From positions 1 through 64,000 of the forward strand of contig ADNK01000773.1 of NCBI GenBank assembly GCA_000320545.1: a DNA stretch of 64,000 bases, in the 5' to 3' direction. The notes under the pieces were generated by a model. That model worked only from the letters and a program-made list of their open reading frames with translations. It made no database searches and was not told the DNA's origin. Numbering within the stretch: the first letter of the stretch is position 1; each line of letters opens with the position of its first letter. Positions 37,925-50,973 of the stretch are shown here, piece by piece. Both the position numbers and the translations under genes were made by a program. This DNA is from Bigelowiella natans CCMP2755 (Eukaryota; Protista; Cercozoa).

Positions 37925-39264
37925 ACCACATACGCGAGCACCCACAGGTAGAGCAAGTACCTCTCTGAAATTCCTAGACAACGGTCCAAAATCACATATT
38001 AGTTTCCCACCCTAGTTCTCAGTGACTCTGATTAGTCTGCTTTATCGCGTCCACAACCTCCCTCCCTCCTCAGTATGCTTGGGTGATGGTTGTGTTGGTG
38101 TGTCTGGCTGGCGACCTACTCGTGGCAGACTTCTGGGTTCAGGGGAAATGGCCGTAAAGTATAGGCGATTTTTCGGTTAAGACAGTAATTGATTTCATGT
38201 CGCAATGTCGAAAAGGATGGTAAATGATGACTACGATGATGATGACGATCCGCCTCGGCATCGGAAGAAAGAGAAAGCCGAAGTGGCACATAACGCCCGA
38301 GTCCACCACTCAAAGATAAAGATATATAAATGTATGTATACATCTGAGGAGGAGGAGGAGCAGGTAGTGGTAGTAAAATAGTAGAACAGCAGATTCTCTG
38401 TTGAGCTGCTTCACATTATTAGAGATGAGCTAATGTCTCGAATTTGTGCTCACTTAGGTTGCAAATGCAATTTCTCGTCTCTCGTCTCCCGAAAGGCTTG
38501 GTATCCCTTCTTCTTTCACATCTCATTATTATCTGACCGCCTGTAACGCACAGTCAAGCTTTCGTTTCTATTAAGGGCTCAAAGATTATCATAGGATAGA
38601 ACTTCCAATCGAATTTGCAACTACATGGAGGTTCAAATAGTATGCATGAAACAATTGCAGTATGTGAATATAGATCGACAGCCTTGTCAAATAGTGCACT
38701 TATTATGACAAGAATTTTTGAATACTTGCGCAATAGACAGAACTACAAATAAGTAAGTAGGATATGTTGACGTGTTGTCAAATAAAGTTTGTAGTTACAT
38801 GCAAACATGCTACACATAACTATTGCTGCACGAACTGATGGATTATTACAGCGGCCATGCGCTGGCTATGACATATGAGACGGATGTAACGAAGTGATTA
38901 CACCTTTTCGATTGCCATCCTTTATACATAATACGTATGCAAGAAAACGTGCATGTGCAGCTGTGTGCACATTATATATGTACGCCATGGCTCGTACCGT
39001 TCAAAAAATGATTCTTGCTATTATGTGTATGAAAACGAAACATCGTGATGATGTCAATGTAATGGAATTCTGAACCATATGACTACATTTTCCTGCACAC
39101 ATAGTGCTATATACATGAGAAGTTGAGAACAAAATTTTTCTTCTACCTAAAACTTGTCAATATTATCATTATTCATAACTCATCTGTGAAATGGTTGTAG
39201 TCAGGATTACGTGAGATCATGTTCCAAACCAGAAACGCACGAAATGGAAGTTTTCTGTGACGTC

Positions 39265-40046
39265 TCAAGCAGGATAGTTGCATTTATCACTCCCCATGTG
39301 CTTTAGTTTCACCCAATGATCTTGAAGACCAGCATTTCTAACCACTTGTTTCATAGCTTGAATGTCTTCAGCTGGTGGGTTCCACTCTCGATGGTATAGG
39401 TTGAGCCCCATGTACACCTGAGATCCTAGTTCTTCGATGCACTAGAAAGAATAACATAAATTATTCGCTAGACATCATACGGCTACTGTTCGAGGTTGAC
39501 TGTGTGTTGATTGTGTGTTGTGTTTCAACCTGATATTCGATGGTCCAAGCATACTTACCGCCATATTTCCCTTGTGCGTCCTCTCCATAACCTAAAACCT
39601 TGTTAGGGAAATGGATCTTTCGAATGATGGGGGATTCCATCACCAGATCGAATGCTGCTTTTTGACCAGGGATTAGGTAATTTTCCTCTGTGACGTTAAA
39701 CCATAATCCTTTCCCCATGGCTCCACAGAACAGTCGATCATCATCGTGAAGACTAGAATTCGTAAGAATACGATTCTTCCAGAAGCAGGTGCAGAATGTT
39801 TCTACAGTGTCCATAAAAAGTATCTGTATTCAACAATGCCATTGTCAGCTGCTTAAAGGGAAAGATGAAGTGTATAAATAAATAGATATGTACCTCGAAG
39901 AATCTTCCCGTGTGCTTCGAAATATTGTAATTTGCCACAACTTCAGGCTTCTGCACTTGGGACAGTGGTGGACATTTGACAGCTATAACGTTGTGGGTAC
40001 TTGAGAGTGTCCAAAATGCAGCTAACAGTAAAAACCTCGACATCAT
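39265..40046 (-). CDS. Secreted lipocalin-like protein (3 exons)
   Basis: Signal peptide MMSRFLLLAAFW..., CPP...NYNISKHTGRFFE|I (resembles lipocalin SCR1), CTC, AWTIEYQ|CIEE...YMGLNLYHRE, ending CNYPA*. Confidence 0.6.
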
Positions 40047-41468
40047 CTTCTGCAAAATTGTAGCGAAGTCTGAGTGCTATTGTGAAGCCGATAGATCAAT
40101 AGAACACAAACTCGCATGAGATAACAGGAACAAATTTTACCATACAGGAACCCAAGGCTCCTTACAATCAATCCGAATGAAAAAAGGTAGGAAGGATCTC
40201 CATTATTGAAAAACTAGGATACCCATCATCACCCACTATCATCTCACATGCTGGGCATGAACAAAAGGCGACATTAAACATAAAATTCTGCTGGTCTCCC
40301 AATAGTAGCATGCCTCCCCATGACGATGACCACATGATGACCACATGATGTTGGTGATGATTATGACGACGACGACGACGTGCTGAAGCAAAACATATCG
40401 TGCCCATGCGGACCTCAACCTTCCCAAACTCGCCCCATCAGATCTAGAAAAAGAAAGCGAAGGGTGAAGGAGAGACAGTGCGAAGTCCTCACACTGACTA
40501 TCGAATGTCGACGCCATTTAGTGATGTGATTCTCTTCATCAATGGGTCCACCCCCCCCTATCTGATCGACTCGTACCCTCATCATCGTACCCGTTCGTTC
40601 GAGATGAACAGCAGCACATACACTTTTAGACTTTTTTTTTATGGGAGTATATCTTAGGATTTCATCATGAATCATTATCCGTGTGTGGACTACGAAGGTA
40701 GTTGTCGTTCTATGTAATCGGCATGTGATTTTTACCAGTACGGATCAATGAAACCGACGATTGTAACGTCAGTCGGATCGATCTATATGTGAGTACATGT
40801 ATCATCTCATCTCTCTGCGAAGAAACATGCTGGGAAGATCAGATCTACAGGTTTCGCTTGGTGACAGAGTCCTAACCCTCCCCATGTAAAGCTGGGCAGA
40901 CTTGTTCTACCTGGCTGAAGAGACAGGAAGCAATCCATGTCTTCCTTGTGGACTACGCGTTCGTCCAACACAATACGAGAAAGAGGCGAACAATCTTCGA
41001 ATCCGGATACAAGCGTCGGGATTCTACCATCTGGCAAAAATGGTTCAAAAGTTGCATTTCTCAGTACATATTAGCGCGCGCACGTGTTCACAAACAAAAG
41101 ATTGGCACAGAATTGATGCACACCATTATTTGCTTCTCTTTCATTTCTCAGAGGTTGGCCTACTGCTGATAGGGAGAGCAAATTCATCACTGCAGTTGAC
41201 GGATAACGATAGAAAACTGACCTTGGTAAATCTCACAGCATCCCCGTTCTTATCCCATGACCAACATGCACTTTGATGTGTACATTCAACTTGCATGTGG
41301 TGACACAAATTTGCTATTTGTTGAATATATATTGCTGGGTTTTCTCCGTTCTAATCCTGATCACATCTGTAGCCGAGATCTCAAACGGAAATCAAGTCCT
41401 TCTCACGACTCGGAACAAACCAGGACATTTCGCCTCGAAAAGTCGGGGATTCTTCACAATGTTTCCAA

Positions 41469-44400
41469 ATGCAAGATGTCAAGAACAACAACCTTGCTTC
41501 CTCATCTTCAAAATCTCGGTTACTGGGAAGAAATGATGACTGTCTACCTGGGTACATACCTTCAGTCGCCGTAAATGGGGCGTCTTCATCCAACACCATC
41601 GGCAACATACAGACACACGGTGGAAGCAGCACATCTACCATCAATCGCACGCAAAGCCGAAAATTTGGACATATCGATGCGTGGGTATTCGATAGAGAAT
41701 GTTGCATCGAAAAGCTAAAATTCGGCCAACCAAAAGAGAGGTTTCGAGCCGCAGCCTTTATGGTGGTATATCACCTTCGTCATGTGCTACAACAACCCAT
41801 GATAAAATATAAATTAATCTATGTCGCATCACGGAGATTTCGGAAGAGAAAGAAGTCCATTTCAAATGGGAACGGATCAATGATGGCACCATGGGTAACA
41901 AATAAGAAAATGTGCGCAAAATATCTGCGTGAGGGAAGTCCAATCGAACGCTTTCGTGCCGCAGCATGGATTCATCTTTACCACTCAAAATCCAAGCTTG
42001 ATCAAATAGCTGTGCATTATAAGGTGTTGTATGTCGCGTCAACGCGAAGAATGAACAAGATGACCAGTATAAGAAATGGCACAAAAGAGAGTAAAGAAAA
42101 ACTCATGATTGCTCAGCTGTCTCTACTACAGAGGAAGCACTGGAAACTTGTACGACTTGGACTCGTGGGAAAGCTGAAAAAGGAGATGCAGCAGTCTAGA
42201 TTCTCTCCGTTCAAACGTGGTGTATACGGCGAAACCTTCTTACATGTTGCCTTGTTATTTAATCAAATAGAAGTAGCTAAACTACTCGTACGGAAGTACC
42301 CCCTTCTGGTCAATGCAATCTACAAAGAATCAACATTCAAAGGCCAGACACCATTGCACATTGCAGTGATTCAGGGGAATATAGACATGGTTAAGTTCCT
42401 AATTGCGGCGAAAGCTTCTGTCAACGGAGCTCATGCCACGGGTAAGTTCTTCAATCGCCACACAGGAACCGTTCATTTTGGCGATACTCCACTTCACTTT
42501 GCCGTCTCCACTAACAAGCTGGAAATAGTCAAGTATCTAGTTAAGTGTGGAGCAGATTTGAAGGCCGTCGACTCGTTCAGATTCACTGTGTTTCATCTTG
42601 CGGTGACCTTAGAGCTCCAAGAAATGTACATCTTGCTGGAGAAAGCGGCAAGGAGGAAACACGGGAGACATGCCGCGGATGCTTTAATCAACCTCAGGAA
42701 TGAGGACGGACTTACTGCATTTCAGACTGCCGCAGCGAACGGAAATCATAGGCTTGTTAATTTCTTAATTGAACATAGCAAGATAATAGGCTGGCAATGG
42801 GGGCCAGTCACCTGCCTTGCTTATCCTGTCAACGATCTAGTGGATGGAGCATTCAGTATCGTTGAAATAGCCGTGAGGTGTGGCAATAGCGAGATCTTAG
42901 ACTTGCCTGTCATAAAGAAGATTCTTCTTAGCAAATGGGAGACTTGCTCCCGAAATGTGTTTATTTCCTTGGCAATTATAGTTTTCCTTCAGTGCATGCT
43001 CCTTACTGCAGGCTTCGTCACCGCCGACTTTGCTATCCCTCTGAACAGAAACAATTATGCAGCTTGTTTCTACTTAGCTCTCCTCCTTGGAGTGGTCACG
43101 AAGATTACGAATATCATACATGAATTTCGCTTACGACAGTTCAGGGAACTCCCAACATCTAAACTTGACGTGAACCACTACTTTATGATTATCGATCTGG
43201 CTTCGGGGGCATTCAACTTCATTGCTGTTATTAGCCATGCGTTCAACGGACCTAGGAAGTTCGTTACAATGATTTCCTCCATCGGCTTGCTGGCCACGTG
43301 GGCATATACAATAAAATATCTTCTACAAAGGAAATTTCTGACATTAGTCCTATCGTCCATCTACATTTTCAAGAAAAATGTAATCGTGTTCATTGGGCTG
43401 TTCATCATAATTACCATCGCTCTGTCGGCCCCAGTGGCGAAGTTCCACGGTAGTCATCCATATCATGAGTGGATCGCAGAATTGACACTCACTGCCACTG
43501 GCTTTGGTCCGACTTTCCCGGACGCATTCGAACCTGAGATCGGTTTCGAGTATTATACGGCCTTCATATTGTACGGGTTTGTAGTGGTTATTGTGGGACT
43601 CAACCTGCTTATCGCCATCATGTCTGATACATACAGCGAAATTTCAGGCCGCAAAGGGGATTTGATTCACATCCAGCTTCTTGCTGATTACACACTTGAG
43701 ATGGAGCATCTATATTCTCTCTTTAGCCCGTAATCAGCATACACACATATTTGCATGAGAAAACGGAGAGATGGATAGACAGACAGATCATTTGATGTGC
43801 TATGTGACGACGGCAATGATTTTAGAATGATGGAACATGACACAACTGATGAAACAGCAGCATTCTGCAATCGTCTCTTCTCCTCGTCCTTCTCCTGCCC
43901 CCATTTCCTACTTATACTGTGTGCTCATATACAAGACATAATAACTTTTTATGCAACAATGTTGAGAGTCTGTACCCAACCAAGTAGGTCACATATTTAC
44001 ATGTGGTACGCGTGTTTGGATGTGATATTCGTCGATCTTTACCTGCTTGATCACCTTCAATGACGCTCACCTATCTTGCTCCCTTATTCTTTATTCTCTC
44101 TCTTAAATAGGGTCCCGAAAATAGGAAAATTAGCCACTGAGCAAGGCATACCTACTCGTAACCCGGATCTTCGCGTCATGACAATGCTCGTCAAATCAGA
44201 TAAGCGGGATAAGAAAGATAAAGATGAGCAGACTTCAATCTTTGATCGAAAGAGAAAGAAATACGCGGACTATAGCAAGCACTTGACTAACCTTGAACAA
44301 AAAATGGAGATTCTTCAAGAGCAAGTATCGAATTTGTCCATGCTCTTGCGGCAAAGAGTCAATCCTGCCGTTTCTATACCTACGGATGATACTGGGGAAG

Positions 44401-44561
44401 TCTATAAAGAAGTAAAACACTTCTCTGATGCTGCTATTGGTTTGTCGCTGGGAGATAGGAAGACAGAAAAGAAGAAAGATCATTCAGAATACATTGGGAA
44501 GAAATTGACGGCTGGTGAGCCTGCAGGGAAGGACAAAAAACTGCAGCCGCAACCTCGCTAG
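41469..44561 (+). CDS. Ankyrin-repeat TRP (TRPV-like) cation channel; exons 41469-43729 and 44111-44561
   Basis: Ankyrin repeats (GETFLHVA, GQTPLHIA, GKFF...HFGDTPLHFA), WQWGPV, KWE pre-S1, several TM helices, LNLLIAIMSDTY S6 motif, C-terminal coiled coil (LTNLEQKMEILQEQVSNL). Confidence 0.88.
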
Positions 44562-45109
44562 CTCGCCACGACGAAAGGCACACCAAACGTTTTCTGCTAA
44601 TCTGTCCTCCTGGCAGGATCAATGGGACTTGAAGGAAGTTGCATTTATACGAAAACGGCGATGCTTTCAGTCTATCTACCTGCCTCGACAATGTATATCA
44701 TGCTGCGCGCGTGCTGGCCGGACATGCGACGCGCGATGATGACACGGTTTCGATTTCGATCGCTTTGTGCATGATGAATGATCGTTTCGCAAACCATGCT
44801 GCATGCTAGCATGCTTTACGTGCGCTGCGTGCCATCACTCACTCCTGTCCTCTGCCAATCGAATGTAACGAGCTCAAGTGCTCGCGGTCGATCAGATTTG
44901 CAGAACACGGGGCTCAAATCTATCATGTCTTTTTCAATGACTAATGTCGGACCAAACCACAAGGGCACACGAATTTGTTTCGCAACCACCACATGCACAT
45001 GCATCGGGCACATTGCAAATCACCCAACAGTCTACATCGTCCTTTCATCTATTTTGACAATATTTCGTGGATGACATGCGGCTTTGCGCTGCAATCCATG
45101 CTGCGTCCA

Positions 45110-45365
45110 TCAATTTTGTTCACCGTCATCGTCATCGTCATCGTCATCATCTTCGTCACCAAATGTGAAGATCTCTTCCGACGCCTGATACTCACTTGTC
45201 CCTGCAAGGTTTACTCTAGACCGTACATTCTGAGTGATGAATGAAGTCATCAAAATGAGAAATTTGCAACTGCGTCAAGATTATCATGAGAACAGAAACA
45301 TGCTTCGGAATCTTGGACGTATTATAACGATATCAACCCATAGGTTTTCGCTTGTGATATCTTAT

Positions 45366-45404
<39 letters not shown>

Positions 45405-45762
45405 TGTGTGTGTGTGTGTGTGTGTGTTCAAGCACTAACTACTGTTGCAGTAGTAGCTACAGCTACTACTATTACTTCTATTACTGACTTTAAATTACCG
45501 TTTTCATGGGAGGAAGAATTGATTGCTTCTCATGGTTTTGAGTGGCCTTTTTGCCACTCCCCCCGCGACGGCTACTACTATTTACTTCAATGTTGATGGG
45601 TGTGGCACGATGCGATCTTTCAAAGACTGCTCGTCTGGCCTTATATTCCTCTTGGTGTCTGAAAAGAGAATTACACCAAGATAGTTATTGATTGTAGGCA
45701 GCCTGCAGTTGCACGTTGTCTTGCAATTCTCTGTCTATTCCTCTTATTCCTTCATGATGTGG

Positions 45763-45797
<35 letters not shown>

Positions 45798-47135
45798 ATA
45801 GCATTGGTATTAAAATTGTTGTTGTTTGGTCTTGTAGTACAAATGCATTTCGTATCTCGGAATGCCATCCACCGTCGCCGGATCAACGTCAACCCCTGTA
45901 AGCGACACCCGTGTACCTGAAACATCATTGGTAAATTGCGTGTGCCATTGGTAAATTGCGTGTGCCGACGAGGAGGATACGTGTATGATGAGGCTGATAG
46001 TGCTGAATGGAAGCCTCGTTAAAATGACTGAACCGAAGATGTGGTTACAGTCATGCAATAATGTCCTTTAAGCATTATTACGCTAATGCCATCAGAAAGG
46101 TTGATTGGTTATCAAGCCCAGGATGAATGGATGCATATAAAGTCTATATTGTTTTTACTCTGGTAGCACTTGCTAAGCACGTATATATTTGATGTTGTTG
46201 AACGACGATCACGATTCTGCGCTACTTCTACTACTGCTACTACTACTACTCTTCCCCCTGCGTGCACGATGATGTTTATTCGTATTAATAATAACAATGA
46301 GAAGAAAAGCAGTACCAGTGTTCTCTCGGACATGGTTGAGGTTCGTAAGGGCCTTGACGATCTGGACTGACGTTGCATCGAATCCCTACCACCATTACAC
46401 CATCATCACCATCACCATCACCATCACCATCACCATCCTTGTTGCGTTGGTTCCAGGGCATAGCGACAGCAACATCACAGGATTGGGAGCGTCCAAAGCG
46501 GTTATTTTCCACGTAAGAGAGAATTCATCACCTTTTTCTGTTTCCAATAAGCTTTGTAGGCCTTTGCAAGCTCAGCATGAGCAGATTGAAGCTGCGCCTG
46601 AATGATCGACATAGAATGTGACTATTTAATGGTGGTGGAGGGGAGTGTTCGGATGCTACCAAAATATATGACGCCAGCCAATGTGATATCGTCATCATCA
46701 TCATTATCATCATCATCAACAACAACAACAACAAAAACTGACCAAATCACGCTCTACATTGAGCGGTATTCCAGCCCTCGACGCTGCATCGGCAAGCTTC
46801 CTGTAATTGAGTTGGAACAACATTGTGAGTCAGCAGAGCAGAGAGCAGAGAGCAGAGCAGCAGTATGGAAGTCCCAACCCTTTAAGGGACACCTATCCCC
46901 ACACCAGAGAGAAAGACATAGACACCGTCGCCAGCAGCGACAAAGAGCACGGAGGACCTTCTCCATCTGTTGTTCTTTTCCAGCTGGTTGTACAAACGCA
47001 CTTGCCTAAAGAGTAGTAGTAGAAGAAGAAGAAGAAGAAGTAGTAGTAGTAATAAAGCCAAATCAACGAATCGATGATCAATTCAGTGCAGGTGATAATG
47101 GTGATGGTGGTCATGATATCTAGGACGACGACGAC

Positions 47136-47169
<34 letters not shown>

Positions 47170-47422
47170 GTGACCGATTTCTTCTACCTGTCTCGCAATT
47201 CGAAGTGCAGCTCAGTATCTCGTCGGTAGTTCAATGATCTCCACCACTTTAAAATTAATGGAGACGAATATAAAAATGTACATATACATTCTCATATCGC
47301 TATCAACCACGGGAGTCATCACCCTCATCATCATCGTCGTCGTTGTTAGTATTTATATAAACTATTATAGCTACTCATGAGAAGAGTGATGAAGAAAACA
47401 GTTAGTAGCATTCTCAGCAGCA

Positions 47423-47457
<35 letters not shown>

Positions 47458-47853
47458 ACCGTGGTCTCTGGGCTTAACACGTCGATAGTGTTAAGCTCCT
47501 GTGCAGGCAGAAGCCAAAGAACAATCACACCACAGTGAAGACCAAACAAGAACATCGAATCATCAGCAAATTCAAGGACTCCTCAATACAACACACACCA
47601 AACAAGATACCCCACCGGCTCAAATTGAAGAGAGAAACTAACAAAAAACGGTGAATCGTGTTCATCACCTGCGCGGTTCTGTCTTCCACAAGAACTTTCG
47701 ATTTTGATTTTCTGTCGTCATATGATAGTAGCCAACATATTGTTATATCATGAATGTATGCGAAGATGCTTAGATGGATAATCTATTCTCCCCTCCCAAA
47801 TCATCATCATCATCATTATCATCGTCTACTAGCTGGTTGGGTTATTCGTTATT

Positions 47854-47895
<42 letters not shown>

Positions 47896-47974
47896 CGCTG
47901 GATCTAAAGCTGGGAGCTGGGGTTCTTTGAAGTGCTTCGAGTGCATAGCCTGATGGACAGAAAACAAATGATGC

Positions 47975-48043
<69 letters not shown>

Positions 48044-48262
48044 TATTATGAGCAAGCGAATTGTTCGGTGAAAAAGAAGGAAAAGAAGAATATGCTTTCG
48101 TGGTAGTCGTAGCTTGTAGGAGTAGGGGTCCTCAATGAGGAGGCAATGGTAGTAGATCGATCGGTTACTACTACATCGTAAGTTGAGTTGTTCTCGTAAT
48201 CATCCCTTCTAAGCCCAGATAAGACAGCACGAATGGCAGGTTGCATCTCGGCACTTTTCTGC

Positions 48263-48294
<32 letters not shown>

Positions 48295-48340
48295 ATGGTG
48301 CTGCTGCTGCTGCTGGTATGAGTGCGAGAGATCATGCTTT
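45110..48340 (-). CDS. Multi-exon hypothetical protein
   Basis: GT-AG bounded exons ELNTIDVLSPETT, WWRSLNYRRDTELHFELRD, AQLQSAHAELAKAYKAYWKQKK, GFDATSVQIVKALTNL, final EEIFTFGDEDDDD...GEQN*. The start is uncertain. Confidence 0.5.
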
Positions 48341-48677
48341 ATCACGGTAAACAGGGTAAAAGCAAGAAGAGAAGAAAGACAACAAGATAGATCAGAGAAA
48401 TATCAATTACGATGATTTCATGTGAATAGTAAGTGGAGAATCTACTATATCACCTTTGTTCTCTGCTTATCTCCACCGTCACCTCTCCCTCCTTTCATCT
48501 CCTCGTCAAATAGTAGTCCGCACACCAGCCGTTGCCGCTGAAGTGGGAGGGGTAGAAATTAAAAACGGGGGGAGGGGGGGGGGATAGTGAGTGAGATATG
48601 TCTCTAGATGATGGGGAGAGTGCTGAGTAGAACTTTTAAGAAGAAAGTGGTGATTGAGCGGTTGCTCACTCATGCTA

Positions 48678-48721
<44 letters not shown>

Positions 48722-48767
48722 ACAAGACGAAGAAAAACAAGAACAAGACTGCTCGATGTCCTATGTA

Positions 48768-50518
48768 CTAAGGTACCAAGCTGATATTCCGTGCTCCTCC
48801 TCCTCCTCCACCGCCTCCTCCTCCTGCTCCCGCCCCCCCTAGTCCTGGTCTTCGATCGTTTTTTTTGTTATTAAAGTTCTGTCGGAACGCTTGCTTCTCA
48901 GCTTCTGAGAGCGTGTAGTGCGGTCCCAAGTCCGGTAGTTCAAATGCAGGATCCGGCTTCTCGCTGGGGGGGAGGAAGATGGGGAGGAGGAAGAGAGGGA
49001 GAGCAATCAATAAACAAACCCCTATCAGCAGGGGGGGGGGGGGGAGATGGGGTAAATTTATGATTCTATCATCATTATAATCTTCGTCTTCTTCTTTTTG
49101 ATGATGATGATGGCAACGACGATAGATGATAATCATTATCATCATCATATGTTTGCAAACAGTCGTCATTCAGACCCTTCTTGATAGGGTGGCAGCTGTC
49201 GTAGCCTCAACACATCTGTGGTAGTAGCAGCAGTATGAAGAAGAAGAAGAAGAAGAAGATGATGATGATGAGAACAATAATGCTGATGATGCTCATTATA
49301 GCAGCCTATTAAATGATGGCGATATAAGCGGCTATGAGGCGAGTTGTAGGCGTAAATGCAGAGTTCTTCCTTACTTTCTATTATCTGCGGAGTGGGGTAC
49401 TTAAAGTAAGAATCCCATGCCTCCCACAAACCTTTGAGAAGAAGAAGAAGAAGAAAAAAAGGTAAAGAGAGGAGGAGGAAGAAGGAGGGGAAGAAGGAGA
49501 TTGATGACGAGGAGAATATTGCAACGTTACAGCTGATTGTCCAGAATTGAGAACACATTTGTTGAAAACTACACTATTGCCAATATCATCCTTTTATATA
49601 TATTAGCCAAGCTGTTGTTGGTATTGCTACTTTTCGGAGTCCATGTTGAACGTGATTTCTTGTTTTTATCCTTCTTCTTCGTAATAGGCTTGTCTTCGTC
49701 CTGCAGATAAATAAATAACATACACGTTCATCATCAACATCAGCAGCATCCTTCCTTACACAATGCCATGCCCTACGGCGGTGAGGTTGAGTCGGAAGGT
49801 AGACAAACATACGATGCCGTCAGCACCGCTACCACCACCATCACCACCATCATCATCACCATCACATAGTTGACAAAAAAAAGTAATAGCACTTGTCATC
49901 ATGATTTGTTGTATCCACCATTGCTCTGCTATCTGAGGCTTGGTCCTTGCTTTTGTCGGTCTTTCCATCGTTCAACCATTGAGTGGCCTGCAAATCAAAT
50001 ATGATTTATAGCAGCAACAACAACATTCAATAATGGTAGAGATTATAAAGGAGGAGGAGGAGGAGGAGGAAGAAGAAGGAAAAAAAATCAGAAAGAAAAA
50101 AGAAAGACGCACACTTTGGATCAGAGAAACTAGAAGGAGAAGAAGGAGGAGGAGGAGGAGGAGGAGGACGACGACGACGATCTAAATCTGTCATCATCGA
50201 TGTTTTCTCTCCAAAAAGACTCTTTCTCGCTATTTTGCGCAAATTGTCTTTTCATAAGCGCACATCTTCTCAGATCGAAAAGAAAACAAAAACTGCTTGA
50301 TGCTACTACTGACCATTTTGTTCTCCATTTCTATCTGGTGAGCACTCATGGCTTTCTTCACAGTCTCCGAGACGTCAACTTCCTCTATTTATCAGAAGTC
50401 AATGTTGATTTTATCAAGTGATGGTGGAACTCAGGACTCACTAAAGGCCATACGTGTTATTATAAATGTACATTATTTGGTGAGTGCCATGATCTAACAT
50501 ATTTGTATGTTATATAAT

Positions 50519-50555
<37 letters not shown>

Positions 50556-50942
50556 TATCATCAAATAGATATATAATTAATCTCACGTATCATGGACAGC
50601 AGCTGCTTGGCCGAGAGTATCTCAACATTTGATGTTTTCTCGCTCTCTGTCGGACAAAGAACAGTTGTAAGTAAAATAGTAGAAGCAGCAGCAGCAATCC
50701 ACATGATCATCATCATTCTTCCATTACACCTTTTGTAGGAGGAGGACCACAACACGGGTTCTCCCCATCTAGCTACCAATTCTTCATAATTAGTTCAAAT
50801 ATTTTCGCCGCCATTCTTCTTCTTCATCATCATCATCATTACTATTAGCATCATTATTATCATTTACGCTGTAGCACACGAACGGGTGTCGTTTTACCAG
50901 GAATCACTCTCATCAGCTTCTCTTGGATTTTCAATCCCTGAG

Positions 50943-50973
<31 letters not shown>

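Noticed and set aside
38050-38600. Possible extra small gene upstream of the NDUFAF7-like gene
   Set aside because: No consistent spliced reading frame or recognisable motif was found.
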